61,156 nt of DNA from Folioceros fuciformis (lineage: Eukaryota): contig JBNGIO010005882.1 of NCBI GenBank assembly GCA_049999805.1, forward strand, positions 1 to 61,156. The letters run 5' to 3'. Below the pieces are notes generated by a model. The model was given only the letters and a program-made list of their open reading frames with translations, was not told the DNA's origin and did not search any database. Shown here piece after piece: positions 36,828 through 47,934 of the stretch (position 1 is its first letter; each line of letters starts with the position of its first letter). Made by a program: the position numbers and the translations under genes.

Positions 36828-37961
36828 TTAAGGTGAACCTGAAATATTTTGTTCTCGAAAAAGATTGTACTTGGGTCTACCTCTTTTACTTGCAATTCCC
36901 CAATGTCTTTCAACTGGATTTAAATTGTCTGGTTTTTGATCCTCATCCGTCAAACCAAAGAGAAAGACAGTTAAGTGACGGTTTGGTCTCATAGGAGTTC
37001 CCTCTCCCCTCCTCAAGTAGTTCACAAGATTTGCATTATAGCGATGCGCTACTGTCAAATTGGCATATTGACTACCACTAGTAGGCCAACCTGTTTCTGT
37101 AATTATCAGCTTCATGTGCTCGTGACCTAGTTTGCTTAAAGCAGATACTGCATAGTCAAAAGCAGCTTGAAAAGCACTAGGATAGTTTTGACCTACCATA
37201 TTATTATCTTCAAAAGCCCAATCAAAAGGATAGTTAGGGTTGAGAGCGTAGAAAGGATATATATTAATTGAAAATGAACTGTTATGTTCATGCAAGAAGC
37301 TTGTTATTTGTGTCATAAGGGATGATATTTCGTTCCTGAATACACCGTTATGAGGATCATTAAGAGGGTCTACAACTAGCACACTTCCACTAAACGGAAT
37401 TGTGAGCTTTACAGAATTTAAATTATTTGAATCCAAGATCGACTGTATATTGTGAAGTGCTCTCATTACTTGCGGGCCAAGAGCAACATAATTTAATATA
37501 TCCGGCAAATCTGGCTCATTCCCTAATGCAATGTGCCTGCAAACGCAGAAACAAAACATGCATGAGCATCCGTGTTTATTAGCAATAGTAAACAACAGAC
37601 TTAAAAGTTCCACTCACGTAATAGTTGCTCCTCCTTTCACGTAAGGGAAGATATTTGTCATAACCCAAGAATGAGCAAATTCCCTATCCGCCATAGCTGT
37701 TACGTTCTCATTTGGACATCCAACTATGACTTTTATCTTTGGATGGCTCATTAACTCATGCAAGTATGCATGATCTGGTTCAAAAAACTTGATTCTATTG
37801 AATCCATATGTGCGTATCAAACGAATACCATGTTGTGGGCTGAGAGGATGAGAGGACAACATCCCCCAATTAATACCTATGCCATCAATTTGCAAAAGAT
37901 ATGGCAATACCGATAGTAATAACAACAAGAATTGTAGGAATAAAGTTCTTCTTATAGCCAT
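36828..37961 (-). CDS. Glycoside hydrolase family 17 beta-1,3-glucanase, secreted, ~350 aa, 2 exons
   Basis: Exons 37961-37618 and 37536-36828 (81-nt GT-AG intron). Signal peptide, IGINWG, IALGNEP (acid/base Glu), INIYPF, IITETGWPTSG (nucleophile Glu) and ERHWG. No X8 domain or GPI tail. Confidence 0.93.
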
Positions 37962-38099
37962 AATGGAAAATTAGTCCTTGTATCTTTAAGAACCCTAAAA
38001 AGAATCCCTGTATCTTTCAAAGAGAAACGAAAGAGCTAAAGTCATTTGCCATCCAAATTTGAACAAGTTACAAACTCCTAATTAACATGCTAAGAATGA

Positions 38100-38245
38100 C
38101 CAGCCCTTTCTCTGAGAGGGAGTGACCATCTCCCTTGTAGGAGAGATTGACCACCTTCCTCTAGGAGAGTAGGACCAACTCCCTCTAGGAGAGTATGATC
38201 ACCTCTTTTTATAAGAGTAAGAATGTTTTTCTCATAAGAGAGTAT
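38100..38245. repeat. Degenerate ~26-bp tandem repeat (GAGAGTxGACCAxCTCCCTCTAG-like)
   Basis: About 5 visible degenerate units. Confidence 0.6.
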
Positions 38246-38410
38246 AAACAATTAAAAAGTAATAATTAGTACCATAATCAAAGCGGGAGTGAAAGACTAC
38301 CTACTACTACATCTTATAATGAAAAAACACCATACAATGAAAAGATTTTTTTTTGAATACAACACTACCTTTCTTCTCGTCAAGGTTCTTCTCAAAGCTC
38401 TTACAACCTT

Positions 38411-38576
38411 TAAGCTCTTTGAAGAGCTCCTACTAGCTTTCAAGTAAGCTCTTCGAAGAGCTCCTACCAACTTTCAAGTAAGCTCTTTGAAGAGCTCCGA
38501 CCAGCTTTCAAGTAAGCTCTTCGAAGAGCTCCTACCAGCTTTCAAGCACTCCAAAGAGCTTCTACAACCTTTCAAG
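38411..38576. repeat. 34-bp minisatellite, ~5 copies, with internal palindrome AGCTCTTCGAAGAGCT
   Basis: TAAGCTCTTYGAAGAGCTCCTACCAGCTTTCAAG repeated head-to-tail. Confidence 0.9.
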
Positions 38577-38789
38577 TCTTTATGAGTTACATGAACCCTT
38601 CAGAAGATATTTAAACTGCTGGAAATTTGAATGTGTTGAGAAGGTAGAGCAAGTCTTATTTAGCATTAATCTTAAATTGTTAGCATGTCTTATTTAGTCT
38701 GAATCTTAGATTATTAACTTTGTTTTAGCCTTGAAATCGTGAACTTTCTTAGACCTCGAGCCAGCTTTTATGATTACTTGCATAGGAGA

Positions 38790-39605
38790 GGGAGTGAATG
38801 TGCACCATCCATGTTTTTTATCACCGTAGTGAGTTAGTATGAATTGTTCATTCATTTCTTACCACCAAGGTCATCCAAACAAGATAGAAGTTAGTAGGAA
38901 TCATCATTTCTTACCACCATGGTTATCCAATCCCAATGGAAATTAATTTGAACCATCCATTTCTTACCACTATGGTTATGCAAATATAATAGAAAGTTTA
39001 TGTGATCCATTCATTTCTTAGCATTATGACTATCCAAACACGGATAGAAGTTATTGTGAAGCATCCATTTCTAAGCCCCATCATAGAAGTTAGTATGAAC
39101 TATTCATTTCTTAACACTATAATTATCCAAATACAGTAGAAATTAGTGTGAATGATCCATTTTTTTTTATCATTGTGATTATCCAATCAAGACAAACCAT
39201 CTATTTTTTACCACCATCATGGTTCTCCAATCACAATAGGAGTTAATTCAATAAAAGATTTCTTTTTTTTTTTCGTAAAAAAAAAGATATTTAAAGAATC
39301 AGCTTCGAGCGAGATACAAGGACCATTGGATAGAAGTTAGTTTGAACCATCCATTTCTTATCACAATGGTTATCCCAAGATATAAATCATCTGTTTTTTA
39401 CTAATATGGTTATCCACACAAAATAAACCATCCATTTCTTACCACCATAGTTATCCCATCACAATGAAAGTTAATTCGATGGAAGTTAGTATGAACCATC
39501 CATGTCTTACCACCATAGTTATCCAAACATGATATGAGTGAGTGTTAACCATCTATTTTTCACAACCATGGTTACCCAATCACAACGAGAGTTAATTTGA
39601 ACCAA
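38790..39605. repeat. Degenerate ~55-bp satellite-like array (GAAGTTAGTATGAACCATCCATTTCTTACCACCATGGTTATCCAA)
   Basis: More than ten diverged units with recurring CCATCCATTTCTTACCACCATGGTTATCC. Confidence 0.85.
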
Positions 39606-40428
39606 TTAGTCAGCAACCTACTTGCTCTGCCACTGAACAGCGCGACCTAGCGATGCGCGATGGCATAAGCGGCAGCCAGCACGCCCCACGGTTGTGCGGC
39701 GGCTTGTGGGGCATGATATCCCCGCTTCGATCGTGCCCCACGGTTCCGTGCGCTGTCCATGATCTCTCAGTTTCCATCCCTGAGGCACACGAACCCCGTC
39801 CTGTCCGACCTACATCATGCCCCACGGTTGTGGAGGCGCAGCTCATGCTGTGTGACAGTTTACGGACGAGCACCGGAATGCGTGGAATGCCGAGTCATCT
39901 CCGCGATAACTTGTGAAACAGAAGGACAAATTGTACATTCTAGTGTATATTTGTCGAAAACCTGGAGTGATCGCCTTCGTAGTACAGTGGGTTATCATTT
40001 TCTGACGTTCGTGGTGACCACGCCAGCCTGGACATTTGAGGAGGACGGGGTGCGTGAGTTTCAATTCACAGATGGAAACTCTGGCCACAATGGTCTGGTC
40101 AGAGAAGGAACCCCTAGACACCGCAACCGTTCTTTTCTGAGCACCGTGTCTGACAGGCCGTCAGAATGTCATGTGGATGGACCTTTGTGCCTCGATCTTT
40201 CACCAGATCCGCTTCCATGGTACCTTGCACCAACAAGAAACTTGCCACCAGATTCAAGAACAGTATCACGTCAGATAGGTCCTTGAACATGGACAAGTCT
40301 TCAATGGGGCTGCCACCTGTTTAATTACCATAGTCATCCATCTCAATTATACCTCCTCAAAACATGAGGCCATTAGGTACAACTGGCCCTGAAATAATCT
40401 GCACTGAAGGTCCGTCACCCGTCACGCG

Positions 40429-42002
40429 TCACGTTTTCTGCAGAAAGAGCCAGGGTGGAAAGTGTCACGGGGCCACTGAATATAATAGACCGTGAAGGCA
40501 CATGCCAAAAAGACAAACACATGAGCTAACTGCGGGTGCCCTCCAAGGCCCCCCCCCACCCCCCTCCCTCCACCCCTGTACTCATACCTGGATTGGCAAA
40601 AAGAGCTTAAATTCTGGAGGGAGCTCCTCTTCTGAGTAAAGTCTGTCGGAGAAGTAAATTCTTCGGATGCGGCAGTTGGCATGCACTTGAACTCGCAGAG
40701 TTTCCACATAGTTCGTGCCATAGGCGCGCCTTGTGAAGTCAGAAAGATTGAACTGAATCTGGTTCCAACCTTCATCCAGTCTCATAGGCATAGTGCAAAT
40801 GAAAGGCTTCACACGTGTTGTTGACTGTTAATCAGGAAAAAAATAACAAACACCTCCTCGTAAGACATTCGAGCTCCATAGAAACGAAACGAGCCAGTTA
40901 AAAAACAATTGAATAATCACATGTCCCCAGATGCCCGGCAAGCACCCAAGACCGGGCGTCATGTACTTTTCCTTCATCGGGTTGTCCTAATGCACGTAAG
41001 ACTCGTGGAAACTCTGACCGCTTTGAGCAGAGTCATTACCGGGACAAGTGACTCTTACAGCCACTTCACATCCAGTATTTGCAGGGTGCAGCTTTAAGAC
41101 ATTCACAACAGACGAGGAAGGTTCAAGAGCTTAACCAGTACTCTTGATCCAGGTGGGTCCTGTTAGCCATTCCAAGGTCACAATATCACTTACAACTCAT
41201 TGAAGGAGAGAGCCAAGTTTTCTTTACAGAAAGCTTGCAACATGTGGGCACATATGCAACTTGACCCCCGCTATGCACAAGACTGCTACTCCCATTACGA
41301 TGGGCTGAAGACACATCACGTCCAAAGCAATTCTTTTCGGTACTTCACGCCAGGAATGTGAGAGCAGGGATCACCAGCATGAAGACAGTGGCAAAAAAAA
41401 AAAACAAACCTGATAATTAGAAGCTCGGAAACGTCTTCGAACATTCTTATCATCAAGCACCTGAACTTCGAAAGTGAAGTACTTCTTGAGATTCTTGATT
41501 ATCATCACCAGAAAAGGTAACCTTATGGCAAGCGTCGCAGAAGGATTCGCAGGGGTGGTGATGAAGTTAGTGCTGACGTTTGTACCCATTATCTCTAACA
41601 CACTCGACTGGATGTCCTCGTCGGTTACCCTCTTTATGTGACCATTGACAACTGCAAGACGCAGGCCAGTTTCAATATTTCCTCACAACACTAACAGAGG
41701 CAATCAAACCTATCCATCCACACTCATTATCCAGTGGTGCTTCGAGCCCAAACATACACATGCGCATGGCAAGAAGATGCTGTGTGGATCTGAAAGGGGA
41801 TGGGCAGAAGCTTCAGGTGCTCACATACCTTCCTTGTCCCATATTTGGAGAGGCTTGCTCCTGTCATAGCCAACACATACGTTAAGAGCAGGCGGGAAGA
41901 GAAAACCCTAACAAACAGTTTGACAAGCAACAACGAGTTCTTCACGTACCCGATACTGTACAGGATGGACAGGAAACCTGACTGGAATGTGTTCTTGAAC
42001 AT
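40429..42002 (-). CDS. CFAP20: Cilia- and flagella-associated protein 20 (BUG22), 5 exons
   Basis: [28 protein letters not shown]...[37 protein letters not shown]...[63 protein letters not shown]. Approximate exons: 42002-41950, 41860-41829, ~41651-41410, ~40824-40588, 40437-40429. Confidence 0.96.
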
Positions 42003-42006
42003 CCTG

Positions 42007-42386
42007 TCAATTTGGAAAACGAATAGGCCCCTCTGTCCTAGACAGGATCTGGTTATACTCTGGACGAGATGTCTGCGAAACAAGGTGCAAACTTGTGTCA
42101 GATGAGATGAGGCCCAACAAGACCCTGCTTACCCAGGGTTTAGAAACACTGGGGCGACGGACGAAGAGTAGAGCCAACTTCTGGCATGGGCATGGCGATG
42201 CTGCAGGAGAGAGCAAATCCCAGAGAGGCGGGGCAGAGAGACACTCACAAGGTCCTTGAAGAGCAGATAGACAGTGAGGAAGAACACACAGAAGAGAATC
42301 TCAAATTCGGCAAGGTGGACTAAGCGAAACACGGCATCCACCACCCTGGTGAGCAGCGATGGCGGTGGCTGCTGCTTCCTGCGCAT
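42007..42386 (-). CDS. Small single-pass membrane protein, 67 aa, 2 exons, ending 4 nt upstream of the CFAP20 ATG
   Basis: Exons 42386-42249 and 42072-42007 with a canonical GTGAGT...GCAG intron give MRRKQQPPPSLLTRVVDAVFRLVHLAEFEILFCVFFLTVYLLFKDLTSRPEYNQILSRTEGPIRFPN*. From memory it resembles a conserved plant small protein (AEFEILF...FKDLTSRPEYNQIL). Confidence 0.75.
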
Positions 42387-42594
42387 GGCTATGACCCACG
42401 AGACGGGCAGTGTAGGCACGCGGCGCGTAAGATGGCACGGCAAGGGAGGCAAGCTACGCTCGGAGTTGAAATATAGGGCTTGCCAGTTTCCAAAACCAAG
42501 CCACTGATGGGGTACCTGATTAGTTAGTTATATCGAGGTCGCTGCTCGCGCCTCCGTGTTAGGTGGCAGCAGGGGAACGGGAAATTGATAAGAC

Positions 42595-43595
42595 ATGGCG
42601 GTTGCCCAAGCCCCTGCCGCTGGGCCGGCCCGATCCGTGGGTGAGGGCCGGCTGATTTCGACTCCGACAACCATTTCCGCTCCGATTGGCTGCCCATTTT
42701 GTGCCATTGCTCAAGGATTGGTTGCCAGCCGCACGCCGGCTGTGCTCTTCCAGGTTTGCCTCCGAGAATGCACCGTAGGCTAGGCTAGCCTCCTCCTCTC
42801 GCTCATGTGCAAATGCAGAAGTAGCATCTTACTGCTCTCTTGCCTTGTCCAGGATTCCCAAATGGTTGCGTTTGAAGATAGAGATCCCGCGGCGCTCAAG
42901 TGAGGTTGCTCTCTCCTCTCCTCTTGCTCCTGCTCCTGCTGCACTACATCTCACAGTGCCGTGGCGGCACCCTAGCAGGCACTACTTGGTCATTCCGGTT
43001 CGTCACGTTCGCAATGTTGCAGCTCTGGAACCAGGTGAAAGGGATCATGCTCTTGGTAAGATGACCACTGGCCTCGCTCTGCGCCTGGCACTGCCAGGGA
43101 TTCTCGTAATTCCAACAGTCATTCATGTTGAGCGCAGTGACTAGCATGCTCGAGCTCGGACAGTCTCTTGTGCACAGGGATGCACCACAGGCGAGCAGCT
43201 ACAGGTAGGTGTCTAGATCTATGGCTATGCTACTTAAGCTGCTCATGAGCTCGACCGGGTCCCGTCCCGTGCGGTCCCGTCCTGTTTGAGGTCTAGTGTT
43301 TTCCACTGCAAGGTTCGGATTCCATAGGCCCCCGTTCAACAGCGTCGACCACCTGCATCTGCATTGCATCGCTTTGCCTTACCGTTCCTGGTAAGATTAG
43401 CCCCTTTTGGGCTAGAGACTTGGAGTCAATTCTGCGCTTGATGTGAGTAAATCAAGCATAGATGGTTGTCCGTGCGCTGAAGCGTGCTCTGGCAAAAGCA
43501 GGTGGCGAGCCTTCAAGTACATGTCACTAGGAGGGTTGGGTTCGTACGTCCATGCTGAAAAAGTCCTGCATCAGCTGCATCCTGCGTCTGCGTAG
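42595..43595 (+). CDS. HINT4: HIT-family protein, HINT4-like (adenylylsulfatase / APS phosphorylase), ~6 exons
   Basis: CPFCAIA, VAFEDRDPAA, HYLVIPVRH, FGFHRPPFNSVDHLHLHC (histidine triad) and WRAFKYMSLG; stop TAG 43593-43595. Confidence 0.9.
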
Positions 43596-44061
43596 CCTCG
43601 GCATCCCTTGTTTGCCATGGCTGACGTCAGAACTCCACGCACTGATCTAAGAGGTGTCTACGAAAGAAAGGCTTTTCATGTGTCTGCCATTCCAATTAGC
43701 TCCGGCAGCAGCGGAGGTGGAGGCCGCTGCATCGAGTGTTGTGCCTTCAATCCAGTTACACATCGACATCAGCAAGGAGGAATGACAGTTCACTGCGGAT
43801 ATGCAGTCAGCCTGAACAGGTGTCATGATCTGGAGTCAATCTGAAAGTGTTCTGTGGCCAAAAGCCAAGAGTGATGAGATACATACATACTTCACTACGG
43901 CCATTCGGTCATGTCAATCTGTAGGAACCATTCACAAAGTTTCAGTGCTGTCAGGACTGCGAGTCCTGAAGTGAGAACAAGAGGGCTGCCCGCTGTCGAC
44001 TCTCCTTCAAAAGGCGTCGTTGCAGCCTACGAAAGCGAGCTACCCCTCTTTCTCACAGTGT

Positions 44062-44370
44062 CTACGCAGTAAGCGATCCGACCACGGGGTACTTTGCCTC
44101 GAACTTCTTCTCCCAGTCGTCCAGCACTGCCAACTCCTTGTCCGTGAGATCCTGAATGTCGGCGCTCACATCTTCCTCCTTGACAGACATCTTGCCCAGC
44201 GCTCTGCTGGCATCTTTGCCTGCGAACACGGCGTAGGAGCCTCCCGGTCCGTAGAAGTTGCGGCCATTGGACACGTCGAAGATGCGCCTCTTAACAGATA
44301 CATAGATGGGCAAGCTGGGGTCGCTTCCATCGTACTTGCTCAGCTCAGAGGCATCCATTGAACCGCCCAT
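44062..44370 (-). CDS. Cytochrome b5-like heme/steroid-binding protein (steroid-binding protein 3-like), ~100 aa
   Basis: ELSKYDGSDPSLPIYVSVK..IFDVSNGRNFYGPGGSYAVFAGKDASRAL...WEKKFEAKYPVVG. Start at 44370 or 44358. Confidence 0.92.
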   Translation of the reverse strand: MGGSMDASELSKYDGSDPSLPIYVSVKRRIFDVSNGRNFYGPGGSYAVFAGKDASRALGKMSVKEEDVSADIQDLTDKELAVLDDWEKKFEAKYPVVGSLTA

Positions 44371-45024
44371 ACCTACCACTCTCCACAGGTGAACGCGGAT
44401 ACAGACACAAGTGTCTGGGTAGAAAGTACGACTGGAACTACAGGCTGCCTAAGCAACGAAAGGGTAACGAGACCTGGGACTCGGATGGGATTTATTTCCC
44501 CTTTTCCTACCCTTACCTGTAAGAGAAGAGAAGAGCAGAGAAGAAGAGGAGGCCGCAACAAACGGCAGCAGCAGCAGGACACGCCTTTTGTCTCTCTCAG
44601 CAAGCTCGCAGGTAGCAGAGCGGACGGCGCAGCAGAGACGAGCAGGGCAGCAGTCACAAAATCCAAACCCATCGTGTCTCAGGCAGGCTTATAAGTCCGG
44701 AAGCCGCGGGGCCCGCTGATTGCCTCCCACTCTTATATATTAGGAGCCAGGTCTAGTAGACTACACTTCAGGCTCCATACCCATGTGCCCCTCGTTGGCA
44801 CTGCAAACGTAGAAAGCGAAGGCGAAGGATGAAACTGGGCACGATCACAAGCTCCGACATCGCCCACGCTCTTTTGTGACCTAACCGGGGCGATCGACCC
44901 TGACCAGGTCCTCAGCAGCATCGGTCATGCCGATCGACTAGCTGCGCTGCGTTGCGCTCCACTGCGCTGTGTGAATTGCATCGCTGCCTGGCTCGCTCCA
45001 TCCCGAGGGGCAGCCACTGGCATC

Positions 45025-47180
45025 ATGGGGTGGCGGTATAAGGCCGGTCTCTTGCTCATTGGCAGCGTGGTTCTCATCTGGGTCACATCCGCGGAGGTCA
45101 CCCAGGTATCCTATGGTATCATCTCCCATCGATGCGCTGGACAGATCTTTTGTACTCTCCGACTCCGGTGCCTCCTCCGGGCTTGTTACTCACCCTGCGC
45201 TGCCGTGCATTGCTCTTGGGATGATTTTGCAGAGCATTTTCGACAAATACAGACACCCTTTTGCCCTCACCTACTTAGGAGCTTCTCTGCTGGTTGTTTA
45301 TCTACCTCTGGCCCTCTTGAAGGATCGAATTTCGGGTTGTCTCCGGCAAAACCCCGCTATTCCAAGGCGGGACAGTAATATAGGCCTCGAAGATTTGCCA
45401 GAATCGCCAGTTAAGGTCAATGGACTCCTTAGGTTGCAGGGTGATGACTCGCAGCCCTTTGTCTTGATCAAGGACAGCACGTTTGAGATGGGCGATGAAG
45501 AGGAGGGCCTTGCACTGGTAGTGAAGAATGCAGAGGAGTTTCGCAGACGAGCTCCTGCTCAATTAACCCCTTGGGAGCTCATGCGGATGAGTTTTCTGAT
45601 TGCACCACTTTGGTTTTTTACAGAGGTACCAGTCTCCCATTTCTGCCTCTGCCAAATGTTTACCGTTTTCTCCTTTTTCCCTACCAGAATTTTTTCTTTT
45701 GTGATCTCCATGGCTGGACTACGATCTCCAGGACAAGTTGCCTGACAGAATGCAACCCGTTTCTCTTGGTTTTACAGTATCTCTCCAATGCAGCTCTGGC
45801 TTACACAAGTGTTGCAAGCACAACTATCTTATCTTCAACTGCGGGCCTTTTCACACTTATGTTTTCAATCATACTAGGTCAAGATTCATTTGACATAGTT
45901 AAGGCAATAGCAGTGCTCGTGAGCATTACAGGGGTTGCCATGACAACTCTCGGCAAGACGTGGGCAGCAGACGATCCCCAAATCACTCTTCAGGAGTATG
46001 TCCCCCCTGTCATTCCCATGAGAAATAGTTCTGTGGTTTGATATGGATGGCTTTAAGACCGACCTTGTGGACAACAGACTGCTGCCTGCGCTTGAGGGAA
46101 CTAGTGCTATGATTTTGGTCTTTCTCCCTCCCCCTCAGAGCAAGCTCATTGCGAGGCTAATTGATTTGCCTTGATGATTGCAGTGCTGGGCACTCCCTCT
46201 TGGGTGATGTGCTGGGTCTTCTTTCAGCTGCATCCTATGGGATTTTCACAGGTTTGTCCCTAGTCTTGAAGTGTAGATGACAGTTGGCAAATAAAATGCA
46301 GTCTCCGTAAACCTGTCGTGGACTTTGTCATGTCCCCCGGATATGGCAAAGATGGACTTTGTTGCAATGGTTTTCGTACTTATGTGAACAATTTGTGTGT
46401 CCATTGGTTTTCTTGTCAGTTCTACTGAAGAAGCATGCTGGTGAGGAAGGTGGCAATGTTGATATGCAAAAAGTCTTCGGCTACATAGGCCTCTTTACTC
46501 TCTGTGGTCTTTGGTGGCTAGGTGAGGACAATCAATGAAAGCTTGATATGATGACTGGTGACTCTGATGCTCCCGTGTGCTAGTCTATCATGAAGTTGAC
46601 CTGAGCGTACGGTGCCCAGGTTACAGATCAGACTGACCCATGAACGGCTGTGATGCAGTTTGGCCCCTACATATGTTGGGCTTGGAGCCTTCTTTCAGCA
46701 TTCCTACCACTTGGAAGCTTGACGAAGTTCTACTTGCCAATGGATTTCTTGGAAGTGTAGTGTCTGATTATTTCTGGTATGCACATAGTAAGTTGGTTGA
46801 CAAAATGTGCTTGTGCTATACTTCGAACCATCATCGAGTTCCATGTCTTTAACGTCTTGCTTTTCTTCACCTTGCCTGTTGCTCTGGACAGGGCTTTGTC
46901 TGTTGTCTGGACAACTCCTCTTGTTGCAACTCTTGGCATGTCCTTGACAATCCCTTTAGCCATGCTTGCGGATGTTGCTGTACATGGTCGGCATTATTCG
47001 GCTATTTATGTTCTGGGTTCAATACAGGTCTGTTCGTTGTGGTTGGCGCAGTTTTTTTCACCAGCACTTCCTTCTGCACACGTCTGATTTGTTACATTTG
47101 GTCATGAAATTATGCAGGTCTTCGCTGGGTTTGTAATAGCCAATATCACACATCGCTGTTCCCGCACAATGGGGCTTTAA
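45025..47180 (+). CDS. SLC35F5 / THI74-YML018C-like EamA (DMT) transporter, multi-exon
   Basis: MGWRYKAGLLLIGSVVLIWVTSAEVTQ, PFALTYLGASL, YLSNAALAYTSVASTTILSSTAGLFTL, VDMQKVFGYIG, SVVSDYFW and WTTPLVATLGMSLTIPLAM; stop TAA 47178-47180. Confidence 0.9.
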
Positions 47181-47934
47181 CGGCGTACAAATATGATGTG
47201 GCCTTCGTCTCAATGATCAGATTCCTATGGTGAGCAGGAGCAGGACGATGAATTTCAGCAGGCATGAGCATGATCTGGATCCTTTGCAGAGGCATTTGCT
47301 ACAACTAGCATCAGCATCTTGGCATATTGCCTGGCTGCTGCTGTACTCGAGCAGACGGTGGAGAACTTGGTATTGCGTACAGCAGGAACGGGACAATTCA
47401 CGTGCTCTATCCCTGCGTCTAGTCTTCGATCCTCTCGTAGTTGTTCAAGCCCGCAGCGAGACCAGATTTTGTAAGCTCGTTCTTGTACGGTTCATCGATG
47501 TTGCTTTGTAAATGTCCTGATCAGAGTAGTCAGCATGGGTCATAGTTCGTCGTAGCCAGTCTGACTCACTGATCCTTGAACTGGATTTGAGGGCAGTGCC
47601 CTCGATTCCATTATCGCTACCTCGGTCACTGTTTCTGAACGCTTAATGCGTACATACCTGGCATTTCATGGTCAGGCGAAAACTTTTAGAAAGCGCCACG
47701 CGATGCTCAGAACTTCCATCGCACATGGTGCGTGAGACGAGTGCCTCAATTCCACTTGGAACCCTAACTTCATGACGACCCATCCTAAGCACAACGCGTG
47801 GCGAAGGCAGATTCCACTATGTACTAACGGACTGGTAACTAGAACATTTTAGGACCCACTGTACACGAAATTCAACCGCCCACCCTCCGCACTTCTGATA
47901 TGCTACGCCGCCGTTAAGACAACAGCTCACAGGA

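Noticed and set aside
38411-39605. Palindromic and regularly spaced repeats as a CRISPR array
   Set aside because: The units are head-to-tail without unique spacers, there are no cas genes, and the context is eukaryotic.
39610-40300. GC-rich ORFs and a thrice-repeated GCCCCACGGTT motif downstream of CFAP20
   Set aside because: No recognisable domain or RNA structure; probably UTR or intergenic sequence.
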